Part shown: in pieces, positions 1 through 9,184 of the stretch
Layout of the letters: each line of letters opens with the position of its first letter
How positions within the stretch are numbered: position 1 is the first letter of the stretch
NCBI GenBank assembly: GCA_038825775.1
Contig: JAWBOW010000003.1
Coordinates: 1 to 51,038, forward strand
Direction of reading: 5' to 3'
Source of the DNA: Candidatus Woesearchaeota archaeon
GTDB taxonomy: Archaea; Nanobdellota; Nanobdellia; Woesearchaeales; WAPY01
DNA: 51,038 nt
Made by a program: the position numbers and the translations under genes
The notes under the pieces: generated by a model
The model's database searches: none
What the model saw: only the letters and a program-made list of their open reading frames with translations
What the model was told of the DNA's origin: nothing

Positions 1-755
1 ATTAAAACTATAATTTCCTGATTGTTCATAATTTGGAGTCCAAGTTAAAATTCCATTGCTTGTTAATGACACTCCTGATGGAAGCCCTGATGCTGAGAAA
101 TATAACAAATCATTATCTGGTTCATTAACATATAAACTCAAATTAACAAATAATGTTTGGCCTTCATTAACCATAAAATTAGGAATCTCACTAAAAACAG
201 GGCAGGTGTTTCCTATAATTACAGCACTTGAATTTTTTGGAACACCAAAGTCCTTACCATCAAAAGGCAAAACCTCACAAACAAAAACATCACCACTAGC
301 AGTAAAACTAGAATCCAACAAAACACCAGAAACACCCAACAAAACACCATCCCTATACCACCTAACAACACTCAAATCAGGATCACCATCAAAATCAACA
401 AAATCATAAACACACAACAAACTATCATTAGTCAAAGGACTAACAGGCAAAATAGAAACATTCTCAACAAAAGGAATTCTATTAACATCTAAAACTTTAA
501 TATTTACTGTTCCTGAAACATTACAGAATCCATCACTCACAAAAATATTAAAAGAGTAATTTCCTGATTGCATAAAATTAGGAGTCCAATTAAATATTTC
601 ATTGTTTGTTGTTGCTCCTGACGGCAAAGTAGTGTATGAAAATAATAAAGTGTTATTGTCAGGATCATAAACATAGTTTGAGAAGTTAATCAAAAGATTT
701 TGTCCTTCGTTAACTGTAAAGTTCAATGTTTGATTGAATTGCGGACAAGTATTTG
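1..755 (-). repeat. Diverged intragenic domain repeat (copies at about 1-215 and 545-755)
   Basis: WTPNYEQSGNYSFN vs WTPNFMQSGNYSFN and NFMVNEGQTL vs NFTVNEGQNL; shared DNA such as TAATTTCCTGATTG and GGAGTCCAA. Confidence 0.75.
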
Positions 756-1791
756 TTCTGTTGACAATTATTGTTACATAATCATAATCTGTTGCATTAT
801 CATTGTCTCTTACTCTTAAGCTAACATTGTAAATTCCTGGTAAGGAAAAGTTGTGCCACTCTATTATTGGAGTGTTCTGACAATGACTTGTGCTGTCATT
901 ATAATTTATGCAATACTCTACTATTGTTCCGTCAAGATCATAACTATAAGTTGAGTCAAATAAAACATTTAATGGAGCATAACCCTGTATTATGTTTGCG
1001 TGAAGTATTGCAACTGGTGGAATGTTTATCCTCTTAACCTCAACTGTTGTGTTTGAGCTTGCACTCCAATTACAACTATCAGTTACTCTTGCAACATAAG
1101 TGTAATTTTTAGGAGCTGATTCAGAAGTTACTACTAAAATTGTGCATTCTGAACTATTATAGCAGGTGTGCTGTGATGTTTTGTTTATTATCTGTATTGT
1201 TAGATTTCCCAAGCATTCATCTGCAGAATCCGCAAGTAATGTAAAGTGCTCATTAACTCTTACTGTTGATGCGTTTGAAATGATACTTACTGTTGGAGGA
1301 TTGTCAATATAAACATTTAAGGTTTTATAATCTGAGTATTGGTTTAAGTTATCTTGAGCTCTTGCTTTGAAAACACAGTTAGTGCATAAATTACTGCATG
1401 CCTGAACATTAAACACGTGCTCGCAATAACCATAATTTATAGGACAATCATATGTTGCTATTAATGAAGTTCCCCTGTAAAGATAAATCTTTTTTACTCT
1501 TGTATCATCTGTTGCTGTTACTCTAATGTTTATGTAAGAGTTTGGCATTGCACACTTTTGGTTTAAGAGAAGAATAGAACTTATTTCTGGATTATTATCT
1601 GTTGGGGGTTCTGGTGGTGTTGGTGGGCAAACTCCTCCTGGGCAAGGATCTGGATCACAGTCAGGATCAATGCTTGGGTCACAAGCAAGTATTGTTTTTG
1701 AAAAAATTGTTAAACAAAAAAGTGCTATTGTTAAAATTAATACGCCCTTGTTTGTAAAAAATCTTTTTTGATCTTTCTTATTATAAATCAT
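1..1791 (-). CDS. Large secreted/surface protein with PKD and repeated Ig/cadherin-like domains (3' end runs off window)
   Basis: Not in ORF track. ATG at 1791 with GGTGG upstream. Read as open to the window edge (597 codons): signal-like N-terminus MIYNKKDQKRFFTNKGVLILTIALFCLTIFSKTILA, Cys/Pro-rich linker, PKD-like segment (GYAPLNVLFDSTYSYDLDGTIVEY...PGIYNVSLRVRDND), two NTCP..F...VNEGQ...LPSG...WTPN..QSGNYSFN repeats. Confidence 0.85.
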   Translation of the reverse strand, partial: MIYNKKDQKRFFTNKGVLILTIALFCLTIFSKTILACDPSIDPDCDPDPCPGGVCPPTPPEPPTDNNPEISSILLLNQKCAMPNSYINIRVTATDDTRVKKIYLYRGTSLIATYDCPINYGYCEHVFNVQACSNLCTNCVFKARAQDNLNQYSDYKTLNVYIDNPPTVSIISNASTVRVNEHFTLLADSADECLGNLTIQIINKTSQHTCYNSSECTILVVTSESAPKNYTYVARVTDSCNWSASSNTTVEVKRINIPPVAILHANIIQGYAPLNVLFDSTYSYDLDGTIVEYCINYNDSTSHCQNTPIIEWHNFSLPGIYNVSLRVRDNDNATDYDYVTIIVNRTNTCPQFNQTLNFTVNEGQNLLINFSNYVYDPDNNTLLFSYTTLPSGATTNNEIFNWTPNFMQSGNYSFNIFVSDGFCNVSGTVNIKVLDVNRIPFVENVSILPVSPLTNDSLLCVYDFVDFDGDPDLSVVRWYRDGVLLGVSGVLLDSSFTASGDVFVCEVLPFDGKDFGVPKNSSAVIIGNTCPVFSEIPNFMVNEGQTLFVNLSLYVNEPDNDLLYFSASGLPSGVSLTSNGILTWTPNYEQSGNYSFN

Positions 1792-1825
1792 AAAACCACC
1801 TTTTTAATTTTTTATTATCAATTTT

Positions 1826-3382
1826 TTATGAGTGTGAAAAAACTTTGTATTTTATTGGGTTGCCGTTATAGTTGTAAGTTCTCTCTTCAAAAGTTCCTGA
1901 ATATTCTTGTGAGTATGATTTTACCAAATTATTCAGTGAGTTTTCAAGCACTCCTCTCTTGTAAATTTCTTTTAAGCCCTCAAAATGCTCGTGATTCTTT
2001 GATTTTTTATCTTTATCATACAAGAACGGTGCTACTTGCAAGAAAATTCCTTTTTTGTCTGATTTCATCACAACATTCATAATATAAGCAGGGTATTTTC
2101 CATCAGGACACTGGTATTCTGAGAAAACTATTGCAGGATAATTCTTGAACTTACAATTTTCTTCACAGCTCAAACCATCAATATCTTTTCCTCCTGCAAA
2201 CTCAAAATTATAAAGCTTAACATCAAGAGTTCCTGTTTTTGTCTTCACTTTTCCTTCCCAAAGGACTTCTTTAGGATTGAACTTTCCATCAGTGTATCCT
2301 AAGAGTTGTGCAATCCTCAATTCTTTTGGATAATCAGACAAGTAATCTCCATCTTTAATTCCATTCTTTGTTCCGCCTTCTGATATTGTGTGAGTTAGGT
2401 GTTCTGCAATGCTTTCAAAATATTCTTTTATTATGTACTTGTTCTCTTCATAACTTATTGGTATTTCTTTTTGTGAGAATCTCTTTTCAACATTGTTAAA
2501 AACTTCTTTTATTCCTTTTAAAAGATCATAATCAACTTTATCTATTTCTATTAGTTTTAATTCTTGCTTTCCAGTAAATCTATCCTTTGATTCTATAAAA
2601 TATTTTGTTGTTGTGTTTCCTTTGTCATCCTTTTTTTCTTCTGAGAATATTTTTACATCATCAATGAGGTTTGAATTTTTTAGGTAATCAATGATCATTC
2701 TTGTCTTTGTTGATAAACCTTCTTTTACAATATCATAAAGTTTTGAGTCAAGGGTTAAATATTCTTTTGACTCGCTTGTTTTTTTGGTGAAGAACTTTTC
2801 ATTTAGTGTTGGGCTGTTAATCATCTCAAACAAAACAAGATTAAACATTCCCTTAAAGTATGATTCTCTTGCACCGTCAATTCCAACTAACTCGTATGGA
2901 GTTCCGTCAGGTCTTTGGAATAGAGCATGAACCCCGTAATAGTGTGAGTCCTCATCCTTTCCTAAAATCAAGCTTATAAGTTCTCCGTTTTTAATATTTC
3001 CGTCAAACAAGTTTTCAAGTTCTTTCTCCCTTTTTTCGTTCCAATTTGTTAACATCCATGAAAGAAGATAGTTGTTTTCAATCATTCTTTTTGCATCATC
3101 CCTAGTTATTTTAAGAACAATTCCTTCTGGAAGATAATTCAATATTTCTTGGAATGTTGAGAGTTCTTTTTCCTCGTTGTTAACTGTTTCACAGTATGCT
3201 GGATTTTCTTTATTTTCTATAGAACAAACTTCTGGTTTTTTAAATGAAAGTGCTGTTGAAACTCCAAGAACTCCAATTAAAGAATAGATAATTGATTTTT
3301 TAAAAGCATCTTTTATACCAAAATTTCTTTTTGTATAACCTGTATAATTTTTGTTTGTTAAATCCTCAAGTTTTTGTTTCAT
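1826..3382 (-). CDS. Hypothetical protein with one N-terminal membrane anchor
   Basis: Long ORF; likely start ATG 3382 after GGGGGTG; hydrophobic stretch SIIYSLIGVLGVSTALSF; no family recognised. Confidence 0.7.
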   Translation of the reverse strand: MKQKLEDLTNKNYTGYTKRNFGIKDAFKKSIIYSLIGVLGVSTALSFKKPEVCSIENKENPAYCETVNNEEKELSTFQEILNYLPEGIVLKITRDDAKRMIENNYLLSWMLTNWNEKREKELENLFDGNIKNGELISLILGKDEDSHYYGVHALFQRPDGTPYELVGIDGARESYFKGMFNLVLFEMINSPTLNEKFFTKKTSESKEYLTLDSKLYDIVKEGLSTKTRMIIDYLKNSNLIDDVKIFSEEKKDDKGNTTTKYFIESKDRFTGKQELKLIEIDKVDYDLLKGIKEVFNNVEKRFSQKEIPISYEENKYIIKEYFESIAEHLTHTISEGGTKNGIKDGDYLSDYPKELRIAQLLGYTDGKFNPKEVLWEGKVKTKTGTLDVKLYNFEFAGGKDIDGLSCEENCKFKNYPAIVFSEYQCPDGKYPAYIMNVVMKSDKKGIFLQVAPFLYDKDKKSKNHEHFEGLKEIYKRGVLENSLNNLVKSYSQEYSGTFEERTYNYNGNPIKYKVFSHS

Positions 3383-3581
3383 AAAAACACCCCCAAGCAT
3401 TATTTGATAATAAAAATTATTGTAACCTTTTATTGACAAATTATTTTTGTCTTTACTTTGGGATAACAAATAAGTTTATAAATCTTTCTATTTTTATCTA
3501 TTTCAAAGTGAATACAACACTTTATAGTATAAAAACTTTTCTGTAATTTTAGCAAATAAAAAGAATAAAAGTTATTTTTGA

Positions 3582-4016
3582 TTATTTTTCCCAAAACTCT
3601 TTACCATTACCTTTTATTTTGTAAAAAACAGGATTTAGAAGAATTCTCTTTTTGTTAATTTCTTTTAGCATTTTATAAAATCTTTTATCTCTTTTTTTAA
3701 GTTTTTTTAAAAGATGCTCGTATTCATAAATGATTTGTCCTTCTTTTATTGGTATAATTCTTTTAGTTAAAATAATTTTTATTTTATCTCTCTTAAAATC
3801 ATAATTTCTTCTTTTCCCCTCAAAATAAACTTGTGTGAGATAAGCATTTATTGCAAATAGCGGATCCTTAAAGTTTTTAAACCTTATAAGCTGAGGATGA
3901 TTCTTATAGCCAATTGTTTTTCCTTCAAGAACCTTTTTTGCCAACAATCCTTCTCTCCAAAGCGCTATAAGTCCTTTCTTGTCTAAATATTTTGGGTGAA
4001 TGCTCCACAACCTCAA
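3582..4016 (-). CDS. Pyrimidine-dimer DNA glycosylase / T4 endonuclease V family protein
   Basis: Signature (M)RLWSIHPKYLD..GL.ALWREGLLA and GYKNHPQL.RF; probable TTG start at 4016. Confidence 0.8.
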   Translation of the reverse strand: MRLWSIHPKYLDKKGLIALWREGLLAKKVLEGKTIGYKNHPQLIRFKNFKDPLFAINAYLTQVYFEGKRRNYDFKRDKIKIILTKRIIPIKEGQIIYEYEHLLKKLKKRDKRFYKMLKEINKKRILLNPVFYKIKGNGKEFWEK

Positions 4017-4031
4017 GAATCCCACCTAAAA

Positions 4032-4670
4032 TTAAGATAAAATTTTCACTTCACAACTAGCTAACTTCTCAAACAAAACAGCATCATTTTCATTCCCAAC
4101 AATCTTTGCATAGTGCATTGGAATTGCAATCCTCGGTTTTATTATCTTTGTTGCCTCTGCCGCTTCCTTTGCATCCATTGTGTAAGTCCCTCCAACAGGC
4201 AATAAAGCAATGTCTATGTTCTTTAAATTCTTCATCTCCTCTATTAAGTCAGTATCTCCTGCATGATATATCCTAACTCCACTAACTTCTATGACATAAC
4301 CAACCCAATTGTTTATTTTTTTGTGGAATGCTTTGTTATTATTGTATGCTGGTATTGTCTCTATTTTAAAGCCGTCAAGTTCTAATTTTTGATTTGGCTC
4401 TACAAGTTTTAAATCAATTTCTTGCAATTTTGATAATGAACTGCTACAATCAGGTGTTGCTAATACAATTGTTCCTCTTTTTATCAACTTGCTTATGTCT
4501 GCACTGCTACAATGATCATAGTGTCCGTGAGTTATTAAGATTATGTCTGCTTTTTCAAAATCTTGAAGCTGAAAAGGATCTATGTAAAGGACTTTTTCTT
4601 TGTTTTTTATTTTAAAACTTGCGTGTCCTTCCCATGATATTATTATTCCCTTATACTCAAATTTTTTCAT
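4032..4670 (-). CDS. MBL-fold metallo-hydrolase
   Basis: GHASF, IDPF, THGHYDH, YHAGDT, LLPVGG, PMHY motifs. Confidence 0.9.
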   Translation of the reverse strand: MKKFEYKGIIISWEGHASFKIKNKEKVLYIDPFQLQDFEKADIILITHGHYDHCSSADISKLIKRGTIVLATPDCSSSLSKLQEIDLKLVEPNQKLELDGFKIETIPAYNNNKAFHKKINNWVGYVIEVSGVRIYHAGDTDLIEEMKNLKNIDIALLPVGGTYTMDAKEAAEATKIIKPRIAIPMHYAKIVGNENDAVLFEKLASCEVKILS

Positions 4671-4689
4671 GATTCCAACCTCCTTTTCA

Positions 4690-5325
4690 TTAATTTTGTT
4701 TTAATCTCTTAATTATTTCATTTGAGAATTTTAACGCAGAGTTTGGAGAGTTAGCAGTTATTATGTTATCATCAACAACAACATCCTCGTTTGAATAAAT
4801 CGCTCCTTTTTCCCTAATGAGTTCTATGTATTCGTGATCAAAAACAGTTGCTCTTTTATTCTCTAGAATTCCTGAATTGGCAAGAATTATTGGAGCTAAA
4901 CATATTGCTCCTATGACCTTATTATTTTTATAAGCGTTTAAAACAATTTCTCTCACTGTTGAATCATTGAAGTAAATAACACTTCCAGAACCTCCTACCA
5001 AAACAACCGCATCAAAATTGTTTATTTCTTTTAAAGCATCCTCTAAAAGCAAATCAACATCAACCTTTAAGCCGAACATTCCAAAAGCTGTTCTTTCAGA
5101 ACTCGCAACAAAAACTTTAAAGTTGTTCTTCTCAAAATTCGCTCTTGGTATGTTAAGTTCTTCTTCCCTAAAATCTTTTGGAGCTATAATCATTAGTATG
5201 TTCTTACTAGTTTGATTATTTTCTTTGTTTTCTTTAACTTCAATTGGTTTTAAAGATACTTCTTCCTTAAAACATCCTGCTATAAAAAGAAGGATTATAA
5301 ATAGCAAAAATAATTTTATTTTCAT
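4690..5325 (-). CDS. DJ-1/PfpI family protein with lipoprotein-like signal peptide
   Basis: DFREEE, FDAVVLVGGSG, nucleophile elbow GAICLAP, IITANSP; N-terminal hydrophobic stretch ending FIAGC. Confidence 0.88.
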   Translation of the reverse strand: MKIKLFLLFIILLFIAGCFKEEVSLKPIEVKENKENNQTSKNILMIIAPKDFREEELNIPRANFEKNNFKVFVASSERTAFGMFGLKVDVDLLLEDALKEINNFDAVVLVGGSGSVIYFNDSTVREIVLNAYKNNKVIGAICLAPIILANSGILENKRATVFDHEYIELIREKGAIYSNEDVVVDDNIITANSPNSALKFSNEIIKRLKQN

Positions 5326-5429
5326 TCTTACCCCTAAACAGGAATATTAGTTTCTTATATTTAAAAATTTTTGAATTTTTACAAAAAATTAAGAAAAATT
5401 TAAAAAACTCAAGAATTTTTTTATTAAAT

Positions 5430-6239
5430 ATGATTCAATTGGTTTTTCTTGGAACAGCAGGTGACTCTGTTGTTTTTGGAAAACAGATGAGAGCTTCAGG
5501 GGGTATTATTTTAAAAATTGATAATTATCAATTCCAAATAGATCCTGGTCCTGGATCATTAGCAAGGGCTTCTCAATATAATGTTGATGTGATGAAATCA
5601 AATTTTATACTTGTAAGTCACAACCACATTAACCACTGCAACGACTTGAACGCATTAATAGATGCTCTAACTCTTGGAGGAATTGACAAGAAAGGATACT
5701 TAATAAGCACTAATTCTGTAATCAATGGTTCTGAAAATGAAAAACCTGTTTTAACAAATTTTCATAAAGAATCCTTAATAAAGTATATGGTTCTTGAACC
5801 AGGAAGAAGAGTTGGAATTGATGATATTGAAATTATTGCCACAAAAACAAAGCACACAACAGAAAATATTGGTTTTAAAATAATAACTCCAAAAATAATA
5901 ATATCTTATGTTTCAGATACAGAATACTTTAAGGAATTGGAAAATGAACATTCTAACTCTAATGTTTTAATACTTAATGTTGTAAAGCCAAACTCTATAA
6001 AACAAAAAGGAAACTTGAATTCTGAGGATGCTTGCAAAATTATTGATGGAATAAGACCGAATCTTGCAATAATAACTCATTTTGGAATTGAAATGCTTAG
6101 GGAAAACCCTCTTACAGAAGCAAGAAACATTGCAAAAAAGACTTCTATAAATGTTGTTGCTGCAAAGGATGGTATGGTTTTAAACTTAGACGAGTACGCT
6201 CCAAGACACATGCAGACAAAGATAATAAATTATCAATAG
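5430..6239 (+). CDS. MBL-fold metallo-hydrolase (RNase Z/PhnP-like)
   Basis: FLGTAG, IDPGPG, SHNHINHCND, YVSDT, ITHFG. Confidence 0.85.
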   Translation: MIQLVFLGTAGDSVVFGKQMRASGGIILKIDNYQFQIDPGPGSLARASQYNVDVMKSNFILVSHNHINHCNDLNALIDALTLGGIDKKGYLISTNSVINGSENEKPVLTNFHKESLIKYMVLEPGRRVGIDDIEIIATKTKHTTENIGFKIITPKIIISYVSDTEYFKELENEHSNSNVLILNVVKPNSIKQKGNLNSEDACKIIDGIRPNLAIITHFGIEMLRENPLTEARNIAKKTSINVVAAKDGMVLNLDEYAPRHMQTKIINYQ

Positions 6240-6254
6240 AAACTATTTAAGCAA

Positions 6255-7103
6255 ATGAATAATCAAAATATTACTTCTGTGTGGAAAATTCAGAGTTATG
6301 ATAAGAATAAATACCTTAAAACTAGGAATTTAATTAATGAATTAGGGTTAAATACTGTTTGTATTGAAGCAAATTGTCCTAACCGTTACGAGTGTTTTTC
6401 AAACAATAAGGCAACATTCATGATTTTGGGAAATGTTTGCACAAGAAATTGTTTGTATTGTAATGTTAAAAAGGGGCTGCCAAAAAATGTTGATCCTAAT
6501 GAACCAAAAAGGATTTCAAGAGCAATAAAAATTTTGGGAATTAATTATGCTGTCATAACATCTGTAACAAGGGACGACTTAAAAGATGGTGGTGCAGAAC
6601 AGTTTGTTAAAACTATAAGAGAAATTAAGAGATTAAATAAGGATTGTAAAGTAGAAGTTTTGATTCCTGATTTTAATGGAGACCTTAATTCTCTAAAAAG
6701 GATTGTTGAAGAAAGACCAGATGTTATTAATCACAACATTGAAGTTGTTAGGAGACTTTTTAATAAGTTAAGACCAAAAGGTGATTATGAACTTTCATTA
6801 AAAATATTAAAAAGCATAAAAGAAATAAATCCAAAGATTGTAACAAAGTCTGGTTTTATGGTTGGTTTTGGAGAAAACAAAAAGGATATTGTTAAAACAA
6901 TAAAGGACTTGAAGAGAGTTGATTGTGACATCCTGACTGTTGGACAATACTTGCGGCCAAGTAAAAAACACTTTCCCGTAAAAAAGTATTATTCTAAAAG
7001 AGAGTTTGAAGAAATAAAAAACATTGCTGAAAAGATTGGTTTTAAAAAGGTTTTTTCAGGTTTTTTAGTTAGAAGTTCTTACAAAGCAAGTGAGTTTTTA
7101 TGA
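6255..7103 (+). CDS. lipA: Lipoyl synthase (radical SAM)
   Basis: CIEANCPNRYEC (CX4CX5C), CTRNCLYC (CX3CX2C), VITSVTRDDL.DGG, GQYL.P, C-terminal RSSY. Confidence 0.95.
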   Translation: MNNQNITSVWKIQSYDKNKYLKTRNLINELGLNTVCIEANCPNRYECFSNNKATFMILGNVCTRNCLYCNVKKGLPKNVDPNEPKRISRAIKILGINYAVITSVTRDDLKDGGAEQFVKTIREIKRLNKDCKVEVLIPDFNGDLNSLKRIVEERPDVINHNIEVVRRLFNKLRPKGDYELSLKILKSIKEINPKIVTKSGFMVGFGENKKDIVKTIKDLKRVDCDILTVGQYLRPSKKHFPVKKYYSKREFEEIKNIAEKIGFKKVFSGFLVRSSYKASEFL

Positions 7104-7870
7104 AGAAAAAAGAGAAAGAAAGGTTTAGGTTGTTGAATTTGATTGAGACAAATGGTTTTATGCAGATGGCAATAGACGAAGCAATCTTAGAAGCGAGAAT
7201 AAAAGATTTAGTTCCAAACACAATTAGGTTTTACACTTGGAATCCAAAATGCGTTTCGATTGGTTATTTTCAAAGTCTAGAAAAAGAAGTTAACATAGAA
7301 AAAGCAAAAAGAGAGGGTGTTGATGTTGTGAGAAGAATTACTGGTGGCGGTGCTGTTTTTCATGATAAAGAACTAACTTATTCGATAGTGGTTTCTGAAA
7401 ATTTAGTTTCTCATGATGTTTTAAAATCTTATGAAAAAATTTGTAATGCTATAATAAGGGGGCTTGAATTTTTAGGGGTGAAAGCTGTTTTCAAACTAAT
7501 AAACGATATTGTTGTTGATGAAAAAAAGATTTCTGGAAATGCTCAGACAAGAAGGCAAAATATAATATTACAACATGGCACTATTCTTTTAGATGTTGAT
7601 GTTAAAAGAATGTTTTCTTTGCTAAAAGTGCCTGATGAGAAGATAAGAGATAAAATAATAAGTTCTGTTGAGGAGAGAGTTACAAGCTTAAAAAGAATTT
7701 TGAATAGAGAGATAAAACCAGAAGATTTGAGAATAAACTTGATTAGGGGATTTCAGGATGTTTTTGATGTTGAAGTTGAGGAAAAAGGATTAACTGATTA
7801 TGAAATAAATCTTTCAAAAAAATTATTTAAGAATAAATATTCAACAAAAGAATGGAATTTTTTAAGATAA
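7100..7870 (+). CDS. lplA: Lipoate-protein ligase / octanoyltransferase catalytic domain (LplA/LipM family)
   Basis: MAIDEA, SIGYFQ, RRITGGGAVFHD, KKISGNAQ, LQHGT; ATGA overlap with lipA. Confidence 0.9.
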   Translation: MKKKEKERFRLLNLIETNGFMQMAIDEAILEARIKDLVPNTIRFYTWNPKCVSIGYFQSLEKEVNIEKAKREGVDVVRRITGGGAVFHDKELTYSIVVSENLVSHDVLKSYEKICNAIIRGLEFLGVKAVFKLINDIVVDEKKISGNAQTRRQNIILQHGTILLDVDVKRMFSLLKVPDEKIRDKIISSVEERVTSLKRILNREIKPEDLRINLIRGFQDVFDVEVEEKGLTDYEINLSKKLFKNKYSTKEWNFLR

Positions 7871-7877
7871 GAAAAAA

Positions 7878-8168
7878 ATGATTGGAGAAATAGATTATAA
7901 GGTTCCTAATGGAAAACTTTTGAGAATTCAAGCAGTGTTTGATGATTCTGAAAGAGAAATAATTAAGGATGTTAAGATAACAGGGGATTTTTTTATTCAT
8001 CCCGAACAAGCGATTTTTGAAATTGAAAACTTAATAAGAGGAAAAAGAATTAGAGATTTAAAAAAAATCTTGAATTCGTACTTGGAAAAAAATAAAATAA
8101 TAATAATTGGTTTTGAAGTTCAAGATATTTTAAATGCTTTAAAAGAGATTAACAAAAAACAATTTTAA
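7878..8168 (+). CDS. Lipoate ligase accessory subunit (LplB / LplA C-terminal domain)
   Basis: KVPNGKL, KITGDFFIHPE; directly follows lplA. Confidence 0.8.
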   Translation: MIGEIDYKVPNGKLLRIQAVFDDSEREIIKDVKITGDFFIHPEQAIFEIENLIRGKRIRDLKKILNSYLEKNKIIIIGFEVQDILNALKEINKKQF

Positions 8169-8178
8169 TTTTGTTATT

Positions 8179-9135
8179 CTAAAAAACAAAAAAATTTTTT
8201 AGTATTAATACTAAAACTAAACCAACAACACAACCTAATGTTATTATTGGCATCGCAGGATAAAATTTTTTCTTTTCAGATTTAAAAAGCAAGTAAGACA
8301 AAGCAATTGTTGAGAATGAAACTATTATGAATGAGCTTAAAAGTCCATAAGTTTTTAGGATCACTCCTGCAAATATTAATGGCAAAGCTATATCTCCACC
8401 CCCTAAAATTGCAATCTCAGAATCTGATCTTAAATCCGTTTTTATTCTTTTTTGTTTATAACTCCTATTTTTAACTCTTAATTCATCATTTTGACCTATT
8501 TGTTTTTTCCTGAATTTAACCATTATTTTGGAATCCTTTGTCGAGTATGGCAGGTAAAGCCCTGCAAAAACATTCTCTGAACTTTGGAATTTTGCTAGTG
8601 TAACCATGTGCTTGATTTTGTAAACAGCGATAAAGTCATAAATTGAAATTATAATCAACAATGCTAATGCTGAAAAAACATTCATTATTGGAACAAAAAT
8701 TGCTGCAATCCCTCCATAAATGAATAATTCTGTAATGTTGTGAATGTAAAAGTTTGGCCTAAAAATCTTCCAAAGAGCTAAAATAACCGCTATTAGAAGG
8801 GCAATTTGTTCTGGAATAAAAGCGCTAAAAGCTATTGCTAAACAACTCATTACTGCTAAAAAAAACCATGCCTTCCAAAAAAATTTTATTCTTGTCCTTA
8901 TAAGTCCTAAAAGCAATATTGTGCCGATTATTATTGCAGAAAAGATGTAAATAAATGATGTGGATTCCTTTACTTGTGGCCTCTCAATTCCATAGGGAAT
9001 TTCTTTCCAAACAATAGTTCCTGTTTCCCTTGTTTTTTTGTAATCAACATACTTTGTGAGAATTGAAATTCCAATAAGTTGTGATAACAAAAAAAACAAT
9101 ATCATAAGTGCGGTTATTTTTATTGTGTGTTTCAT
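8179..9135 (-). CDS. Presenilin/signal-peptide-peptidase family intramembrane aspartyl protease
   Basis: Multi-TM; YD in ISIYDFIAV, GxGD in LGGGD, PAL-like PAMP. Confidence 0.9.
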   Translation of the reverse strand: MKHTIKITALMILFFLLSQLIGISILTKYVDYKKTRETGTIVWKEIPYGIERPQVKESTSFIYIFSAIIIGTILLLGLIRTRIKFFWKAWFFLAVMSCLAIAFSAFIPEQIALLIAVILALWKIFRPNFYIHNITELFIYGGIAAIFVPIMNVFSALALLIIISIYDFIAVYKIKHMVTLAKFQSSENVFAGLYLPYSTKDSKIMVKFRKKQIGQNDELRVKNRSYKQKRIKTDLRSDSEIAILGGGDIALPLIFAGVILKTYGLLSSFIIVSFSTIALSYLLFKSEKKKFYPAMPIITLGCVVGLVLVLILKNFFVF

Positions 9136-9184
9136 GAGAAAAAATTTTTTTGTTTGTTGTTTTTAAATGTTGCTAATTTTTAAT

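Noticed and set aside
56-409. 117-aa plus-strand ORF rich in T/K/P/S
   Set aside because: Antisense shadow of the surface-protein gene; open because of the T/G wobble bias on the coding strand.
253-477. DGR variable region as explanation for adenine depletion
   Set aside because: No reverse transcriptase or template repeat in the window, and C is depleted as well as A.
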